Source: Marsupella aquatica
Taxonomy: Eukaryota > Plantae > Marchantiophyta
NCBI GenBank assembly: GCA_973895155.1
Contig: OZ316891.1
Span: 18,935,048-18,999,047, forward strand
Length of the DNA: 64,000 nt
Direction: 5' to 3'
A program made the translations under genes and the position numbers. Shown piece after piece: positions 41,301 through 55,193 of this stretch; position 1 is the stretch's first letter; each line of letters begins with the position of its first letter. The notes beneath the pieces are model-generated. The model saw only the letters and a list, made by a program, of their open reading frames with translations, was not told the origin of the DNA and ran no database searches.

Positions 41301-42752
41301 GACATATTGGCGACTGATCACTACTCCGTTCACCGGCTTTACTGTGCGTCCTAAAGTAAATGTTTAATAATAAATTATAATGAGTCATAGAAATCACTGT
41401 GATGGATAGAATTAGTGTATACGGTTAGGTCGGTCAATTTAGCTTTGATGATCATAACCACTATCAGAATGTTTGGTTTTCATGTAATCTTTATTTTTTC
41501 CTTGTATAGTGTGCCGATAGCATTACACAAGATAGAATCCTGTAAACAGAGACAGCAGCACATGAATGGCATTCTAATGATATTTGTTTGCATGTTGTAG
41601 GGGCAGACGGAGTTCTTGTCAACGCTTCTGCAAATTATTGAAGTCTTATCACAACAGTCGACTGTTGTCCTTGGCTACCCAGACATCTTCATAGCGCAGA
41701 TGCTACCAAGCTTGGCTCTACTGTACAAGACCAACGCAGATGGAGATACACGGTTCCTCTGCTTCAAGATATTCTTCGACATATTGGTTGTGTATCTGGA
41801 CAGCATTTCAGCACCAAACCCTGAGTTGCCAGACACACAGCCCGTCAATACAGACCTTCGGCCAACTTGTATGACTCAAATGGAACCTATAGTTGGACAG
41901 CACTTCCTTCCCTTATACCCAAAACTGGTTGAGGACGAGGATCCCATTCCTATGTATGCCCACAAACTTCTGGTGATGCTTCTAGATCACAAATGCATCA
42001 GAATCGCTGACATTCTACAGCTCAAGCTTGTTTCGCAGTTCTTCGACTTTCTCACTGATGACTTGTCCAGTATTAATCTGCACAGCGTGAGATTGTGTCT
42101 TTCTCTGGCATCAGCACCAGAGGTTGATACAAAAACCCTCTCCCAGCTCAAAGTAGTGAGAAAGATTGGGGCCCTCCTGGATTTTGTCCATGCAAAAGTA
42201 ATGGAAGATTTTCTAGACCCAGTCCTTTCAGTTTGCAGATTTTTCCTCCTCCGCAATGCAGGCAACATCAACATGGCTGGGACTGGAGGAACGAAGGGGA
42301 CTAGCACTGATGCTGCCATTGAGGATATTGCAGAGTTGGGCAAGCATGCTGGAATTTTCTTGGAGCTTTGTGGAAGCCATGAACCTCAGATAGCTGAGGC
42401 AGCTGCTGAGTGCCTGGTTCTAATCGTAAAAGCTGCGCCCCGACCAGCAGCAATAGGGTTTTTTGTCAGTATATCAAAATTGGCCCATGTACTGGAATCA
42501 TGTGCCAATTGCCATGGACCCACAGTCCTTCAACAATTGCAACGAAGGCTGCTTTTTGCCCTTTCGGTGGTTTGCAAAGAGCACAGGGCATCTTCACCGA
42601 CTTTGCAACCGCTGCCACCTCCAGTAATTTCTAACTCCGACTTCATTGCCCTCGAGAACATTGTCGTCCGGTTGAGGAAGTCCAATCTTCCTCAAGTGGC
42701 TGAGGTTGCCATCAGTGCAGCCTTTGAGTTGCAGCGCTTACCTCGCCACTGA
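35393..42752 (+). CDS. RUK: RUNKEL (ULK4-like) pseudokinase with C-terminal HEAT/ARM repeats, 10 exons
   Basis: Approximate exons: 35393-35440 (MNQYHIYESIGRGKHS), 35758-35847 (TVYKGRKKKSVEYYAIKS), 36068-36120, 36657-36732 (YETSAHLWLVLEYCVGGDL), 37068-37129, 37341-37419 (YCDLKPSNVLLDENG), 37701-37760 (LCDFGLARRL), 38215-39963 (AKRGTPCYMAPELF...WHPSDLSVRPIM...LRRCAMATLGELLFYIATQ), 40232-41095, 41601-42752 (ends ELQRLPRH*). YCD in place of HRD is typical of RUK/ULK4. Confidence 0.93.
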
Positions 42753-44339
42753 TCGTCGGTCCTATGGTAGTTCAGGTGATTCATTTGTGTACATTAAGAA
42801 GTTTGACATTAGCATTGTGTAATTAGTTAGTAGCACGTGTTTGCTTACTGCTTGCGGGGGGATATACCCAACGAGGCTACACATCTGACAAGCTGTGCTG
42901 GAAAGAGTCCAAAATCTTGTAGCAACCATTGTTGTAGGAGATTTTCTTTTGTGCATGATAGAGAAATGTCTGGCACAGCAGCAGCAGTGCTCGGTTAGTT
43001 TATGTCTCCTGCCAAATGACGAACTGGGATTCCTAGAGGCATCGAGAAATCTCGTTGTGAACGGTTCAATAATTTTTTTGCAGACCGCATGACTTGTGTC
43101 GATCATCGACGGTTTATAAAAAGTGCAGCCTGATCATGTTCAGCCCGACCTCTGTTTGGTGTGTGTGCATGGAAACAATTTCGACCTTCATTCTAAATGA
43201 TCGAACATCTCTTCGCCCAATTTTTAGAGGGTCACTTTTGTGTTCCGTCTGCCTTGGGGCATACCCAGTGAGACCACCTTTTTCTGGTTTACCGTTGCCC
43301 TTGCCCGAGTTTGCGGAACATTCAATGAGCACTGAAAAGGCACTGTGCACAACCGAATATTCGTAGAACCTACAAGGCAGTTCTAACGTGGACACCATTC
43401 CCATGGTTCCGTCTCCATCCCAGTCTAGGTTAGATATTTTATAGACCAGTCTAAAAGCATTTTTGAACTGAAGAGGTAAATCCCGCCCAACACCCACCAA
43501 TCAACATAACCAGATCCTGGTGCCATTCCCAACGATCAAGGAATCTTGCATGTATGCAATCGGGATCTGTAGCCTCCACGTGTGAGCTCCCCCGTTCAGA
43601 AAAGTGTGCCCCTTTGTTCAAAGGTCATTTGATTGCGCTATGTATCATCATCATACAGTCCACAGCTATTCTAAAAGGAAGGATGTTCAAGAGTTCAGAC
43701 CGGTCCCGTAGGACCATCGTAGTGGTAATGCGTCAGTCTTTGCTCGACAGCTCAATCTGTGTCTTTCCTCCTGGTTTCAGAGCTCCTCCTCTCACCAACC
43801 GGCCAATCATCTTTTAAGAGTTCCTGGTGTGATGAGTTCTCACACACCAACAACACCAGAGAAAATCTTTGGTCAGACGTCACGGAGTCCACCTGGTAAC
43901 ATGGCAAGCCTGAATTGGTACGACCAGTCCACCTGGGTGTGAAATGCAAGTCTTTTGTCCCTTTTTGGGGCCTCCAAATATTTGAAACAAACTAAAACCA
44001 GGTGGGAAACAGGGGCAGCTCCTTTTGATTTGGCCTCCAAACTTTTTGAAACGAAGAAAAATCAGGGGGGAAACAAGGGGGGAAACAAGGGCAGGGGGGA
44101 CAAAAAGATTTCCAGAAACCCTGGGTTCATAGGCGAGTCTTCCACACTTCTGCCTAAAGGCCAACTTCCATGTATGCAGCCCCTTGTTTTACAGCCCTCA
44201 AGTTGACTCACGTTATCATGTGATAGAGCTAGAATTTAATGACTGGAACCCTCCTGAGCCAGGTCTTACGGCAAGCAATGCGGGTTTTCGAAGGGCAAGG
44301 GCTAGAAACTTTCCAGCCCTCGAGGTCCAGACCTTTGAA

Positions 44340-45340
44340 TTTCTAATTGAGTGCAAATGGTAAAAACACAAGGAAATTAAAAATTAACATGCCAAATAAC
44401 AAAGAGTGGGGACAAAAAAATTCCTTAACCTTTTTATTTACCTTTTTATTTATTTAGTAAACAAACAACAACAACTAACTCTAGCCGTTCAACCTGATTG
44501 ATTGACAAATGTGATCTATCATCTCCTAACAAAGAGGATGACAGTGCATGGTCACAAGAAAAGATGCCGATCAACAGACTTCTTAGATCTACAAATGAGA
44601 TCAAATGTTGATAGCTAACAACTATGTTGTGCACTTTAAACCGACAATACTTTGAGTCAGTAAGTTATTCTTTTGAGATTTTCATGATGTTGTTTCTATG
44701 CTACTGGGGTACGTCAACATCTTAAGATGCATCAAAAGAGCTTTCTAGCCATAATTTTGTTTTGGCTGAGAGAATTTAGTTATTTCCTAGCTTCGTGACC
44801 TCCTTACTAATAATCTGAGCAAAAATGGATATACCAAAACTTTCTGATGACCCTCATCAAATCAGATGAAAGAGATGAAAGGGAATTAAAGAAAAAAAGG
44901 AAAAAGTGGGATATAATTAAGCCAAAAAAAAACAGGGGGAAGGTTAGGGTGGGAAAGTGGGGAAAAGGGGGGAGGGGGGAGGGGGGGAGGGGAAGTTGCA
45001 AGCTTGGGTTAAATAAAATTACTTATATCATTCTTTTTTCAACCTCTAACAATACCCAAACACTAAAACATGATTGACACTAATATTTTGAGACCAATTC
45101 TCTTTCCTCTTGAGCCAATTCACGAGCTCAATTATGAGCTCATCTGGCTGGTTGTTGGAATTGGCTTGAAGTGCCACCAGATGACATCAAGGCCTGCCTA
45201 ATAAGCTACCAAGGAGCCTGTTTGGTTTATTTCTATGGTGAGACCAGGGTAGTGCTTGAGCTAGACATGGAAAATGATCTCCAATTCAATGACCTTTGTG
45301 TGAGTTAGAATAGTTTCTGGTTTCTCACAAGCATTGGTGC
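44340..45340 (-). repeat. Dispersed ~1 kb repeat family, copy 2 (inverted relative to copy 1)
   Basis: TAAGATGCATCAAAAGAG (~44722) and CAGATGACATCAAGGCCTGC (~45178) are reverse complements of motifs at ~19463 and ~19027, in collinear order. Confidence 0.7.
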
Positions 45341-45717
45341 CCCCTTTGGAAAAAACAATTCTTGCAAACATTATAGCAGGGTTGCATGGCCAAAGCAGGC
45401 ATGGCTGAGTTGTAGCTCACTTGAGTCATAGGTCTTGGGTTCAGATGTTGTAACTGGTTTCTCTTGCCTCCCTTGCTGTGGGGTTTCATGGATATCCCCT
45501 AAAATAAAGCAGGGGTGCATAACTAACTATAGTGTCTATTGGGGTTTAAACAATTTCTTACAGATTTCTGATTAAAACCAATTGCAAACACTGGAAAGTT
45601 CTCTAACCTACAGAGGTAAATTTGTATTAGGGCAGTTCTTAAGCAATGTTTGACTAAACCTACAATTATGAGAGTAACTGCTAAACATTGCAGTACACTG
45701 CTACACTGAGTCTCTAC

Positions 45718-46270
45718 TTTTTTCTTTTCTTAAAAAGGACATAGGGCACATCAATTATACCAAACAACGGGACAAAAGCCGCCCAAGAAACAGAAAACAA
45801 GCAGCAAACAAACAGCATACACACCACAAGCATTGGAGAACTGGACAAAAGGAAAGCCAACTAGTCAGGCCATGAGGTCATGAAGAGCCACTACAATGTA
45901 GCACTCTCAAAATCCCAGACATTCTTCATGCTATTATGTCATCCTCTACTTGGGGTCTGATAATTCCAGCAGTTCTGCTGGTTTTGAAATTAATTTAACA
46001 ACACCCTCAAACTGCTCATCCTATCAATCATCTTTGAAATCATGTTCCTATTCTACATCTACCCGCTTCCACTTCAGGAATAATTTTATACATTTCGTCT
46101 CACAATCTGCCCAAAGGGTATCTGTTATGTCCAACTCTTCCCCTGTCCTGACCGTGAAGGTCAATCCCTTAACCTTCTCTCGTTATCTGTATTGTCAACC
46201 ATCATCAGCATTGGTGGTGAGTGCAATAAGACTTCCTGGAGCTGGTCAATGGCATACCTCAGTTGAATAG
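45718..46270 (-). mobile_element. Possible 5'-truncated LINE 3' end, degenerate
   Basis: T-rich start on plus (A-rich tail on minus) next to a minus-strand reading frame broken by several stops. No diagnostic motif was recognised. Confidence 0.25.
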
Positions 46271-47896
46271 TCTTCTTTTCAAAATGGCAAATATCAAACA
46301 TAGATCTCAAGTGAGTTTGGGTTTGGTGCAAGACAATTCATTGAGGTACTCCCCCAACGAATTGAGAGTAAGTGGCCTAGTTGTGCTTGTTCCAAATTGA
46401 ATGATGGAGCACATAATTATCAGTCTCTAATTAAGGCATTCATTAAGCATATATGATTAATTCACAACTTTAAAGTCATACACTATTGCTTATAGACCTT
46501 GTCGAGTCCATTCTCGAGCCCTGTGTCGAGCAATTGTTCCTTTAGAGTTTTCCTGCAATATTAATAGTAGCCAGTTAGTACCAAGTGTGCTTTGATTTCT
46601 TAAACTCGAAAAGGACTCACAGTGGCAACCCTCTATTCCTTTGCAGTTTTGCACATTTTGAACTAAATTTTGTGAGTTGGGGGGGCGGTTCATTTGGCCC
46701 CTTTTTAGTTAATTTTTTGGGCATAGGGAAGCTTGTGGTTTTGGCCTCCCTTTGCATGCACCTTAGCACTCAAGGTAAGGGGGCCTAATTGTTCTCTTCC
46801 CTCTCATTTGTTTATGCATCCAGGTCTGATCTCACATATTTTTTGTTGGGGGGGGGGGGCTTTTACACGTTGCCACATTTTTGTGATGACTGTGTACCAC
46901 CTGATTTACTTACACTTATCTCCCTGTGTTTGCACATAACTTGTGATGGGTTCCCTTTCATTTGATAGGGTTGTGCCCTATGAAATGGCCCCCAACACAC
47001 ATGAGTAATGCCCCCACAAGGTTATGCCCTCTGCATAGTATAGTGTGTCATGACATGATTATTGACAGAATAGATTGGGATTCAAGATAACTTTCGAAAG
47101 GAAAATAATAGAAGTCCTTGCTGTTTGAAACTCTTTCAAAACCCAGCTTTCCCTTTTAGGTTGTGGTGTACTTGTTTACCACAAACTTTTAGAGTACCTT
47201 TCCATGTTCATAACACTTTCCCAGTGCGGCTGTACATGTGATATAGAGCTCTCCATGGAGGGTGTTGTCCAAAATGAATGCCCAAGGACTTTGAGCTTGA
47301 GTGTCTCTCATTTGCGGACCTCATCGATAAGGAGGGCCTTACCATGCTTTGAGTTGTGTATCTCAGTTTGGAGTATGCAATTTTCCTTCAAAGAGGATCT
47401 TCGATGCATTCATGTTGATTTGCAACAAATTGGAATTGATGCAGAGTGGAGGGCATTTGGCCCCAACAAAATGTTGCCCATTTACAGAATCCGAGACAGG
47501 GCCCAGATTTAATGAAATTCATTTTGAGATAAAAGGAATAGTTGTTGCTGATAAATCTCTTTCAAAACCTGGCCTACCCTTTGCTTGCAGACTCTACGTG
47601 CACCACTAATGTTTTAAAGTGTATCTCTATGTTGAACAGCAATTTTAGCATGCCCACAACTTTAAAGTGCAACACCATGTCACTGGAAGCCTGAAACCTT
47701 GAGCTGGAAACTTCATCAGTTCCAGATGAAGGTCCAAGTAAAATTTGCTTGCTAGGGTGGAGTGCAAAACCTTTACTTGATGGGGGCCAATGTTGATACA
47801 TTGTGGTAGTGGCCAAGGTTAACAAAGATACACCCCATCAAGAATGCTTCTCAAAGTTGGGTCGACCCATCAAGGTTTGGGTTTTAGCTGGGGCTC

Positions 47897-48430
47897 GAGG
47901 TTTCCTGGCCTTCCCAGTACTAGATGGTTTCCTGGCCTCCCCAGTACAAGATGGTTTCCTGGCCTCCCCAGTACTAGAAATTACACCAGGAAGGGGTTGA
48001 GGGTACCAGGAGGACAAGAGACGGGATTGATCTTCCATTAACCATCCCAACCTATCTATAGGCCCCAATTAGCCAGAAGATGATGGTTATCCTTACAAAT
48101 CTGAGAACATCTGATGGTCAAAAATAGATCTCAAATATTAGATCAAAGAAGATTCCCAACATCGTCTCCTTCTGACCAGGCGAAAATTTGGGAAAAACCT
48201 TTAAAGGCCTTAAAAATTGAAGCAGACATGGTTCCAAGGAAAAATTAAGCACACTGACATGGAGGACAAGAGACAGGATTGACAGGAGGGGAACTTCCGT
48301 CAACCACTCCAGCATAGCATAGGCCGCATTAGCCCGAATCTGATGGTTATCCTTAAATCCCAGAACATGTGATGGTCAGAATAGATATAAAAAAAACTAG
48401 ATAAAAAAGATTCCCAGCATCTTCTCGTTC
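47897..48430. repeat. 3 x 27 bp tandem repeat followed by a ~250 bp duplication
   Basis: GGTTTCCTGGCCT(T/C)CCCAGTAC(T/A)AGA x3 at 47899-47978. GGAGGACAAGAGAC.GGATTGA and TGATGGTTATCCTTA occur twice (~48009/48261 and ~48081/48341). Confidence 0.8.
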
Positions 48431-48680
48431 CCTCATCACCACTAGCACCACTAGGTGACATTCCCCACTGTGGCCAAAGAAGTGGAAAAACCGGGCCTGA
48501 ATAAAAAACTACGCAGACCGGGACGAGGAGCGACGGGAGGGACGGGAGGGTCGAGACTGACGGGGTCCGGGAAGGACTGACGGGACTGACGGGAGGCTGG
48601 GTTATTAAACGCAGAGGAGCCGCCCGGTGGCAAGCAGAGAGACCGACAGCTAAGCCGCACTCCGCACTCGGGTGACTCGA

Positions 48681-48710
48681 GCGAGAGAGAGAGAGAGGGG
48701 CAGAGACAGC

Positions 48711-48755
<45 letters not shown>

Positions 48756-48772
48756 AGAGAGAGAGAACGAGA
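48681..48772 (+). repeat. (GA)n microsatellite at the 5' end of the bZIP gene (GAGA-type element)
   Basis: Long interrupted GA run about 430-520 bp upstream of the ATG at 49198. Confidence 0.8.
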
Positions 48773-49197
48773 GCGCTCATCATCGAGAGGGGAACACTCG
48801 TCGTGTCGGTCTTGCTTGCAATCTGCATCTGCGGCGCACGACTCCATCGATCGCCACGGAGGAGGAGGAGGTGGGGAGAGGAGAGTGGGACGAGAAGGTC
48901 GTTGGGTTTGTTTGGAATATCAGCAAAGTATTTGATCTGTTGAGGTCGAGCATTCGCTCGCAAGGCGCTGCGGGGAGGGCTCCTGCCCTCCCTCTGCCCT
49001 CGTCGTCGTGTCCGTCTGCGTGCGCGATCCTGTGTGTTGATTCTGACGTCGTTTTTATCGTTGTTCTGGGCCGGATCAATCGACGCAAAGGCGAGCAGGA
49101 AGCGTTAGGGGTTGTGGAGTGAGGTGGTTTGGTCGGCTTGATTTGAGTTGAGTCGAGTTGAGTTGAGAGTTGTGCTGACGGAGTGTGGTGGACTTCG

Positions 49198-50970
49198 ATG
49201 GGTTCGCAATCGCAAGCGCAGGCACCACAGCAGGCGCATGCGCGACCGATGGCGAACCATGCACAGAGCAGTGGGGGGACGGCGAACGGGAATGCGCTCA
49301 TGGCTGGAGGAGGAGGAGGAGGGGGCTCAATTTCCAGGGTGCAGTCGTTGGCTAGGCAGGGTTCGATATACTCGGTCACGTTGGATGATTTGCAGCGCTC
49401 GCTGATGGAGCCGGGAGGCCCAGGGCAGGCGTTCGGGTCGATGAACATGGACGAATTTCTGAAAAATATCTGGACCATGGAGGAGAGCCAAGCCATGGCT
49501 TCGGCGATGTCAATAGGTAGCGGGGAGGGTGGTGATGTCGACGATGGTGCTGGGCCGGGCGAGCTGGGTTCCAGCAGTCCCATGGCTGTTGAGAACGGCC
49601 TCGTTAGACAACCTAGTTTGGCTAGACAGGGTTCTCTCTCCCTTCCTAGGCAAATAAGCAGAAAAACCGTGGACGAAGTGTGGAGGGACATTATTAAGAC
49701 GAACCCCAACCTCGCGCCAGAGGGGGGAGCGGATGTTAGCGCTGGCTCGGGCCCTAGCATGAGCAGCAGCGATTCACAGCGCCAGACTTATGGGGAAATG
49801 ACGCTGGAAGCGTTCTTGGTGAAGGCTGGGGTTGTAAAGGATGGTGGAGTTGCGGCACAGCCCTCGACCCCTTACACTCTCTTTGCACCCTACGCTGGCA
49901 GCAATGGAGGCGGGGGTCCTAGTGATCGAGGGAATGACAGGGGGGAACGGATGGGGCCTGGATCTTTGGCTGCGACGCTGTCTCTATCGCCTGCAAATGG
50001 GACGGGATCTGTGAACGGTGGCATCGCGCAGCAGCAAGCAGTGCAGGGCCAGGTCGATTGGCTGCGCAACATCCAGCAGGCACAGCAACAGGCTCACCAG
50101 CAGCAACAGCAGCAGCTGTTTCAGGCTCAGGCGCAGGCCGATGCCTATAATATGAAGGCGAGGGTTGCCAACGGGGGAATGCAGCCCATCATGAGCTCCA
50201 ATGGGGGCTATACTGGAATGGCCAGTGCTCTGGCACCGGGGTTGGGGCAAATGGGCATGCAGTTGGGAGGCCCCATGGCTCTTGCCCTTGCTCCGAATTC
50301 CCCAGGATCCCATAGTCCTGCCTCTGATGGAGTGGGACACAGTCATGGCAACGGGCTCAGCCTCTCTCCTGTAGGCAATTTTGGTGTTGACGGGTCCATG
50401 CGAGGGAGGAAGAGAGGGGCCGACGGGCCTGTGGAGAAGGTCGTGGAACGGAGACAGAGGCGGATGATTAAAAATAGGGAGTCTGCAGCGAGGTCCCGAG
50501 CAAGGAAACAGGTCGGAATTCGCTTAGCAATTAGATTGTAAGAGTTCATTCTTTTATTGTTGGTTGCATGTTTTCCCACTTCGTAAACTTCTCCAGGCTC
50601 TGATCTCCGCGCTGCTTGTTTGTGACTCATGTGTAGGCATATACCGTGGAGCTAGAGGCAGAAGTGACACAATTGAAGGAAGAAAACAACAGGCTGAAGA
50701 CTCAACGGGTACTTAGCATGCACTTTCTTCTGATGTACCATTTGCATCTGCTGCATGTTCTGACAATTGTTCCTGTGATAGTGTAAGCATGTACACAAGG
50801 AATTTCCTGATGTGAATCCGGAGATCAATCTAATTGCTGCATATTTACTGCATGTGCAGGATGAGGACATTCAAAAGTACAAGAAGCTGGTTCTGGAAAG
50901 CATTACTGCAAATAAGAAGAGCGACGTTGTGTTCAGGAGGTTGCGGCGGACGAGTTCTGGCCCCTGGTAG
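49198..50970 (+). CDS. Group A bZIP transcription factor, ABI5/ABF/AREB family, 3 exons
   Basis: Exon 1 49198-50511 has C1 (LARQGSIYSVTLDDLQ...FGSMNMDEFLKNIW), C2 (LARQGSLSLPRQISRKTVDEVWRDI), C3 (RQTYGEMTLEAFLVKAGVV) and the basic region ERRQRRMIKNRESAARSRARKQ. Exon 2 ~50637-50708 (AYTVELEAEVTQLKEEN). Exon 3 ~50860-50970 ends in the C4 motif LRRTSSGPW*. Confidence 0.93.
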
Positions 50971-52039
50971 ATTAGCTAGCAGCTGGTTCCGAGGACGAGT
51001 CGGCAGTAGAATGATGAGCTAAGTAAGGAGAGTAGTCTAGCCCGCGGGAGATGTAAATAGGAGGGGGGGAGTTAAGGATCGAAGGTGGCCTTTGTCTTGC
51101 CGTCACGATGTCGAGTTTAGGAGTTGGGAGACAAATGAGGTGCAGCTGTACATACTCTTTCAGTTCTGGAGATCTTAACCCTCGACGGTATGCCCAGTTT
51201 CTGCACGAGAATGAGGGGCATATCTCCTTAGGAATTAGAAAAATGGGATGTTCTCGGGATATTATTGTTTGAAGTACAGTAGCTACCCTTGATATTCCCA
51301 AATGTATACATACCTCACCTAATTGAAACTTCTTCAAGTACACTGGTCGTTGTCAGTCTCTCATCGGTTTTTCGAGTTCACTGATGCTTGCAAATGTGAT
51401 GTTATCGAGCTATGAAGGAGTGACCCTGATATTCTCCATGTAAACTCACCTCACTTGATTCAAAACTTCTTCAATTACATTGGTCTGTTATATTCAAAGT
51501 CCAGCGCGTGCCACCTGCGTACCTGCTTGAAACGAGATTACTCCCTTTTGCAGCCGCCGGAATGTTTAACTCTACTTTGAACGTAATGTGTCATTCATAT
51601 CTCATGACACGTTTCCGCATTTCGGTCTTCGATCCCTACTCTAAGTTGACTTACAATTGATCAGTCCAGGTGTAGCGTAGAGAGACGAACTTCCGTGAAA
51701 AAGTACAGTTCCTTCTATCCTTTACCAACGAATTTCTATGTCCATCGCGTTCCTCGGTTCTCTCGTTTTGTTAGTTAATAGGCATCCCCGTTTTGATCTC
51801 CGGGTTTGCTTTACAGACGGAAGCAAACAGCGGACCTTGCTTCTTCGTACGATTCCGGATATGCATCTCAGTCGCATCCCATCCCGTCTTGCAAAGCTAG
51901 ACAATTTTCACCTATGTTTGCACCAAACCGACCTTGAACATGCCGTCGTCCACAACTCCCGGGCATGATTCAACGTGAGGCTAATCGGACCATGCTTTCG
52001 CTTCCTTTCAGATTTGATTCAGGGCGACACAAGACTTTG

Positions 52040-52270
52040 CAGCCAATCAACTCGAGATTTTACAATCTAATTTGCGAATGTTGAGATCACGTCCGTATCA
52101 AAACAACTGGAGATTTTGGAAGCTAATTTGCAGAATGTTGAGATCACGTCCGTATCAAAACAACTGGAAATATTGGAAGCTAATTTGAGAATTTGCAGAT
52201 GCCGTCCAGATCAACACAACTGAAGATTTTGGAAGCTAATTTGAGAATTTTGAGATGCCGTCCATATCAC
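52040..52270. repeat. ~60 bp tandem repeat, about 4 copies
   Basis: GAGATCACGTCCGTATCAAAACAACTGGA.AT.TTGGAAGCTAATTTG repeated. Confidence 0.75.
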
Positions 52271-55037
52271 CACCCTGCAGATTCAATGGTCCATGCATTC
52301 TTCCGTCTTTGGGTATGTGATTTACTAGCGACGAAAGCCCCCGATGCGAATCAACCGGACCTTGCGGGATCTAAATCGCGAAGCTCGACAGGCCGTCCAT
52401 GCACATTCTGCCTGGCGGCAGCTTAGGGTTGGCGACGGCATGGGAAAGGTTGGCACCATCCGTCCCCGACAAACTCACGTCGGCCCTCCCGATTCCTTAC
52501 GGTACGCGCTTTCCTAAGGACCGTCTGCTCTAATCCGAAGGCCAGTATGCGTCGCCGCCGTTTTTCGGGAAAATCCAGACCGTCCACAGCGGGCGGAACC
52601 CAGTCCAATGCAAATACTACAAGCGACTGGAAGAGACCTCGTCCCGGCATCACTGCTCCCTAATAGGGTCCTGTCCCTACGTCCGGCCCCCTCTACCGAG
52701 ATCCCCAAAAGACTCACCGCATTCTTGGCCGGGTTACTCTAGTTAAGGGTCTAGTTAAGCATCCCACTGAGCTTCCCTCCTAACTCTACGGTAGGATGTC
52801 TAGTTAACTAAATTTCCTTGCCAATTAAAAATTATTTATTCAAGTGACAGTGACACTATCCCAACTGGATTCAAAGTCCATTGCTCTGGAAACCAGGGGG
52901 CGAGGAGACAGTTACTTCTTACCTAGCTAATTACTGTAAAGCTTTCGGAACACCCCAGTCAAGCAAAGTTATTTGAAGTGCTAGGAGACATTGTGCAAGA
53001 AAACAAACAGGATGTAAAATGAGCTGCAAAAAATAGGTTTATTAATTTATGTGTGCGGAGTACATGTCAATGTTCTTCACGATGTCTAAATGAGATGCAG
53101 AAATACAAATGAATATGTACATTCATTTATGTGAGCAGACTATTCTAGTACTTGTGCTATTCAAAGAAAATAATTTACAATTGAATTGCGCAGCTATACT
53201 GTGGAGCACTAAGGTAGACATGATGACCACACTATAATTATGGGATCTGTTTCTAAGTACCCAAGCTTTGCAACACAAAAATTCTTTGGTGCTGCTATGA
53301 ATATAGTGACATAGAAGGCATTGTGGGTCACAATGCCCCCAGAAATGAGTACTTTAGCTCGAGTTGTGAACTGATATTAGTGCATACAATGTTCTAATAA
53401 CAAAACATAAGTACACTTAAGTGTCTAATCTAGTTTTTACTAGTAGAGGAGAATATGGACAATGAACTAATCCAAATCTGGGCCGTGCATTTTTTTCATA
53501 AATGCACTAAAAATTAGATGGAGAAACAACACAAATGACATTATAAAGTCAACTGGATGGATCTCGAACACCACGATTGCAATCCTGGGTATTATGCCTC
53601 GTCTACAAGAACAATAATAATCAGACTCGGGCCGAACATCTGTTGTTAGCGGGAAACGTCCCGGGATTAGTTGAGGAGAATACTTTCCTGTACTACAGAG
53701 CAGAACCATAACTTTTCCGGTTAAACTAGCCGGCGCTACCTAGGCGCCAAGGACAGTGGAGTGTCCTGGAGTGTCCTGGGGTGTACTTTAGTACGGAAAG
53801 TAGAGCTGACGCGAAGGGCCCGGATCTGGGAAAGGCTGGAGGCGTGACGCGTGGATGAGTGGCTGCATGTCGTGCCGGGACTGGACGCGCGGGCCCCTTG
53901 CATGGATCCAGCCTACCGGAATCAAACCCGGCATGATCCCCTCCTCACCCCTCCTCCTGCGCGAGTGAGACAAACGAAGCGATCGGGACCTCGTAGCTCT
54001 TGATCGCTTCCAACGACTCCACTCCTGTTTTGGGAAGTAAAGTATGGGCCCGCCGTTTTTGAGTCGGAGCCGGGGGACCTTTGGCCTGAGCGCAGAGAAC
54101 TTGATGCCCTTCGTGATTTTTCGTTTTGTATTTTTTAGGGTATTAGCAAGTATTAGCTCGACTGCCCGCTCATTACATGAATTTAGAGGTGCGCTGTGGG
54201 AGCACAGCACACAGGAGCTCCCCTGTGGACGAGAGGAGCGCAACACAAAGCGCCTTTGGGTTATTCCATTTTCAAAACCCTCACCTAAACTCAGTTTCCC
54301 TTGCTCAACAGATTTTTCACCCTCACCTCCAAAACACCCACAACTTAAGTGATGCCCTCAGCTGTTGTCTAAAAGATTCAGTCTGGGCTGTAGGCCTGGA
54401 AAGTTGTTTCTCTTTGCGCTTTATTAGTAAGAATTTGGGAACTTTTTTCCCTTTGTATTTTTGTCAGGGCATCCTGGGAGCATAATGCATTAGGGTATCA
54501 CCTCCGTAGGAAGATTCCCCTCTACTCTCACTGAAGTTCCAATTTTTTTAAAAAGGCCTTTTAAGTGTAACAAGGTTCTTTTTCAGGCAACAAATAGCTC
54601 CTTAAAACTCAAGCTGAAGCTCTCCTTTTCCGGGGCATTATATCCCATAGTGCCCTCTAAACAAGAACTCACTGTATTCCTGCTTCCCTTGTCTATTTTT
54701 GTCTTCATATTCTCGTGAATGACCTTGAGGCAGTACCCTTGCCAGTCTGGCTTAGGGATCATGGCTTTTGGCCCCCTCCCAGTAGCCCACTAGGAGTGCT
54801 ATATAATTTAAGCCACAATTTTTGAGTCACAAAAAGGTAAACCTTCACTGGAGTCTATTGTTTCTTAATCTTGTTCTTAATCCATGGCCACTCAGGGGCT
54901 ATGGGTTACCTTACACATTTTTTGCTTTGCTTTCCCAGACTGAGTATGTTTTAAGTGCACAAATTGGTAATAATAAAATAAACTGTTAAATCCTAACTAA
55001 ATAATGATATTAGTATCTGGGGCACCAGTACTTAAAG

Positions 55038-55193
55038 CACCACTGTCCATGACAAAACCTGGATCCACCATTTTTAGTATCATTTTCCTGAAATTGTGGA
55101 GCAAAGTCTCACCCTAGAGGAGAGAAAAGTGAAAAAGTGAGAAATGTTGGACACTTCTCCCCCAGGACTTCTCATTTTATATGGACAGTGGTG
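55038..55193. mobile_element. MITE-like element with 13-bp perfect terminal inverted repeats
   Basis: CACCACTGTCCAT (55038-55050) and ATGGACAGTGGTG (55181-55193). The internal sequence matches a second copy at ~24660-24822. Confidence 0.65.

Noticed and set aside
38265-42343. Several 100-160 aa minus-strand ORFs
   Set aside because: Antisense to RUNKEL coding exons.
44840-44885. CTGATGA...GAAA hammerhead-like core
   Set aside because: The stems flanking the core cannot be formed.
48780-49760. 326-aa minus-strand ORF
   Set aside because: Antisense shadow of the GC-rich bZIP exon and leader, with no recognisable domain.
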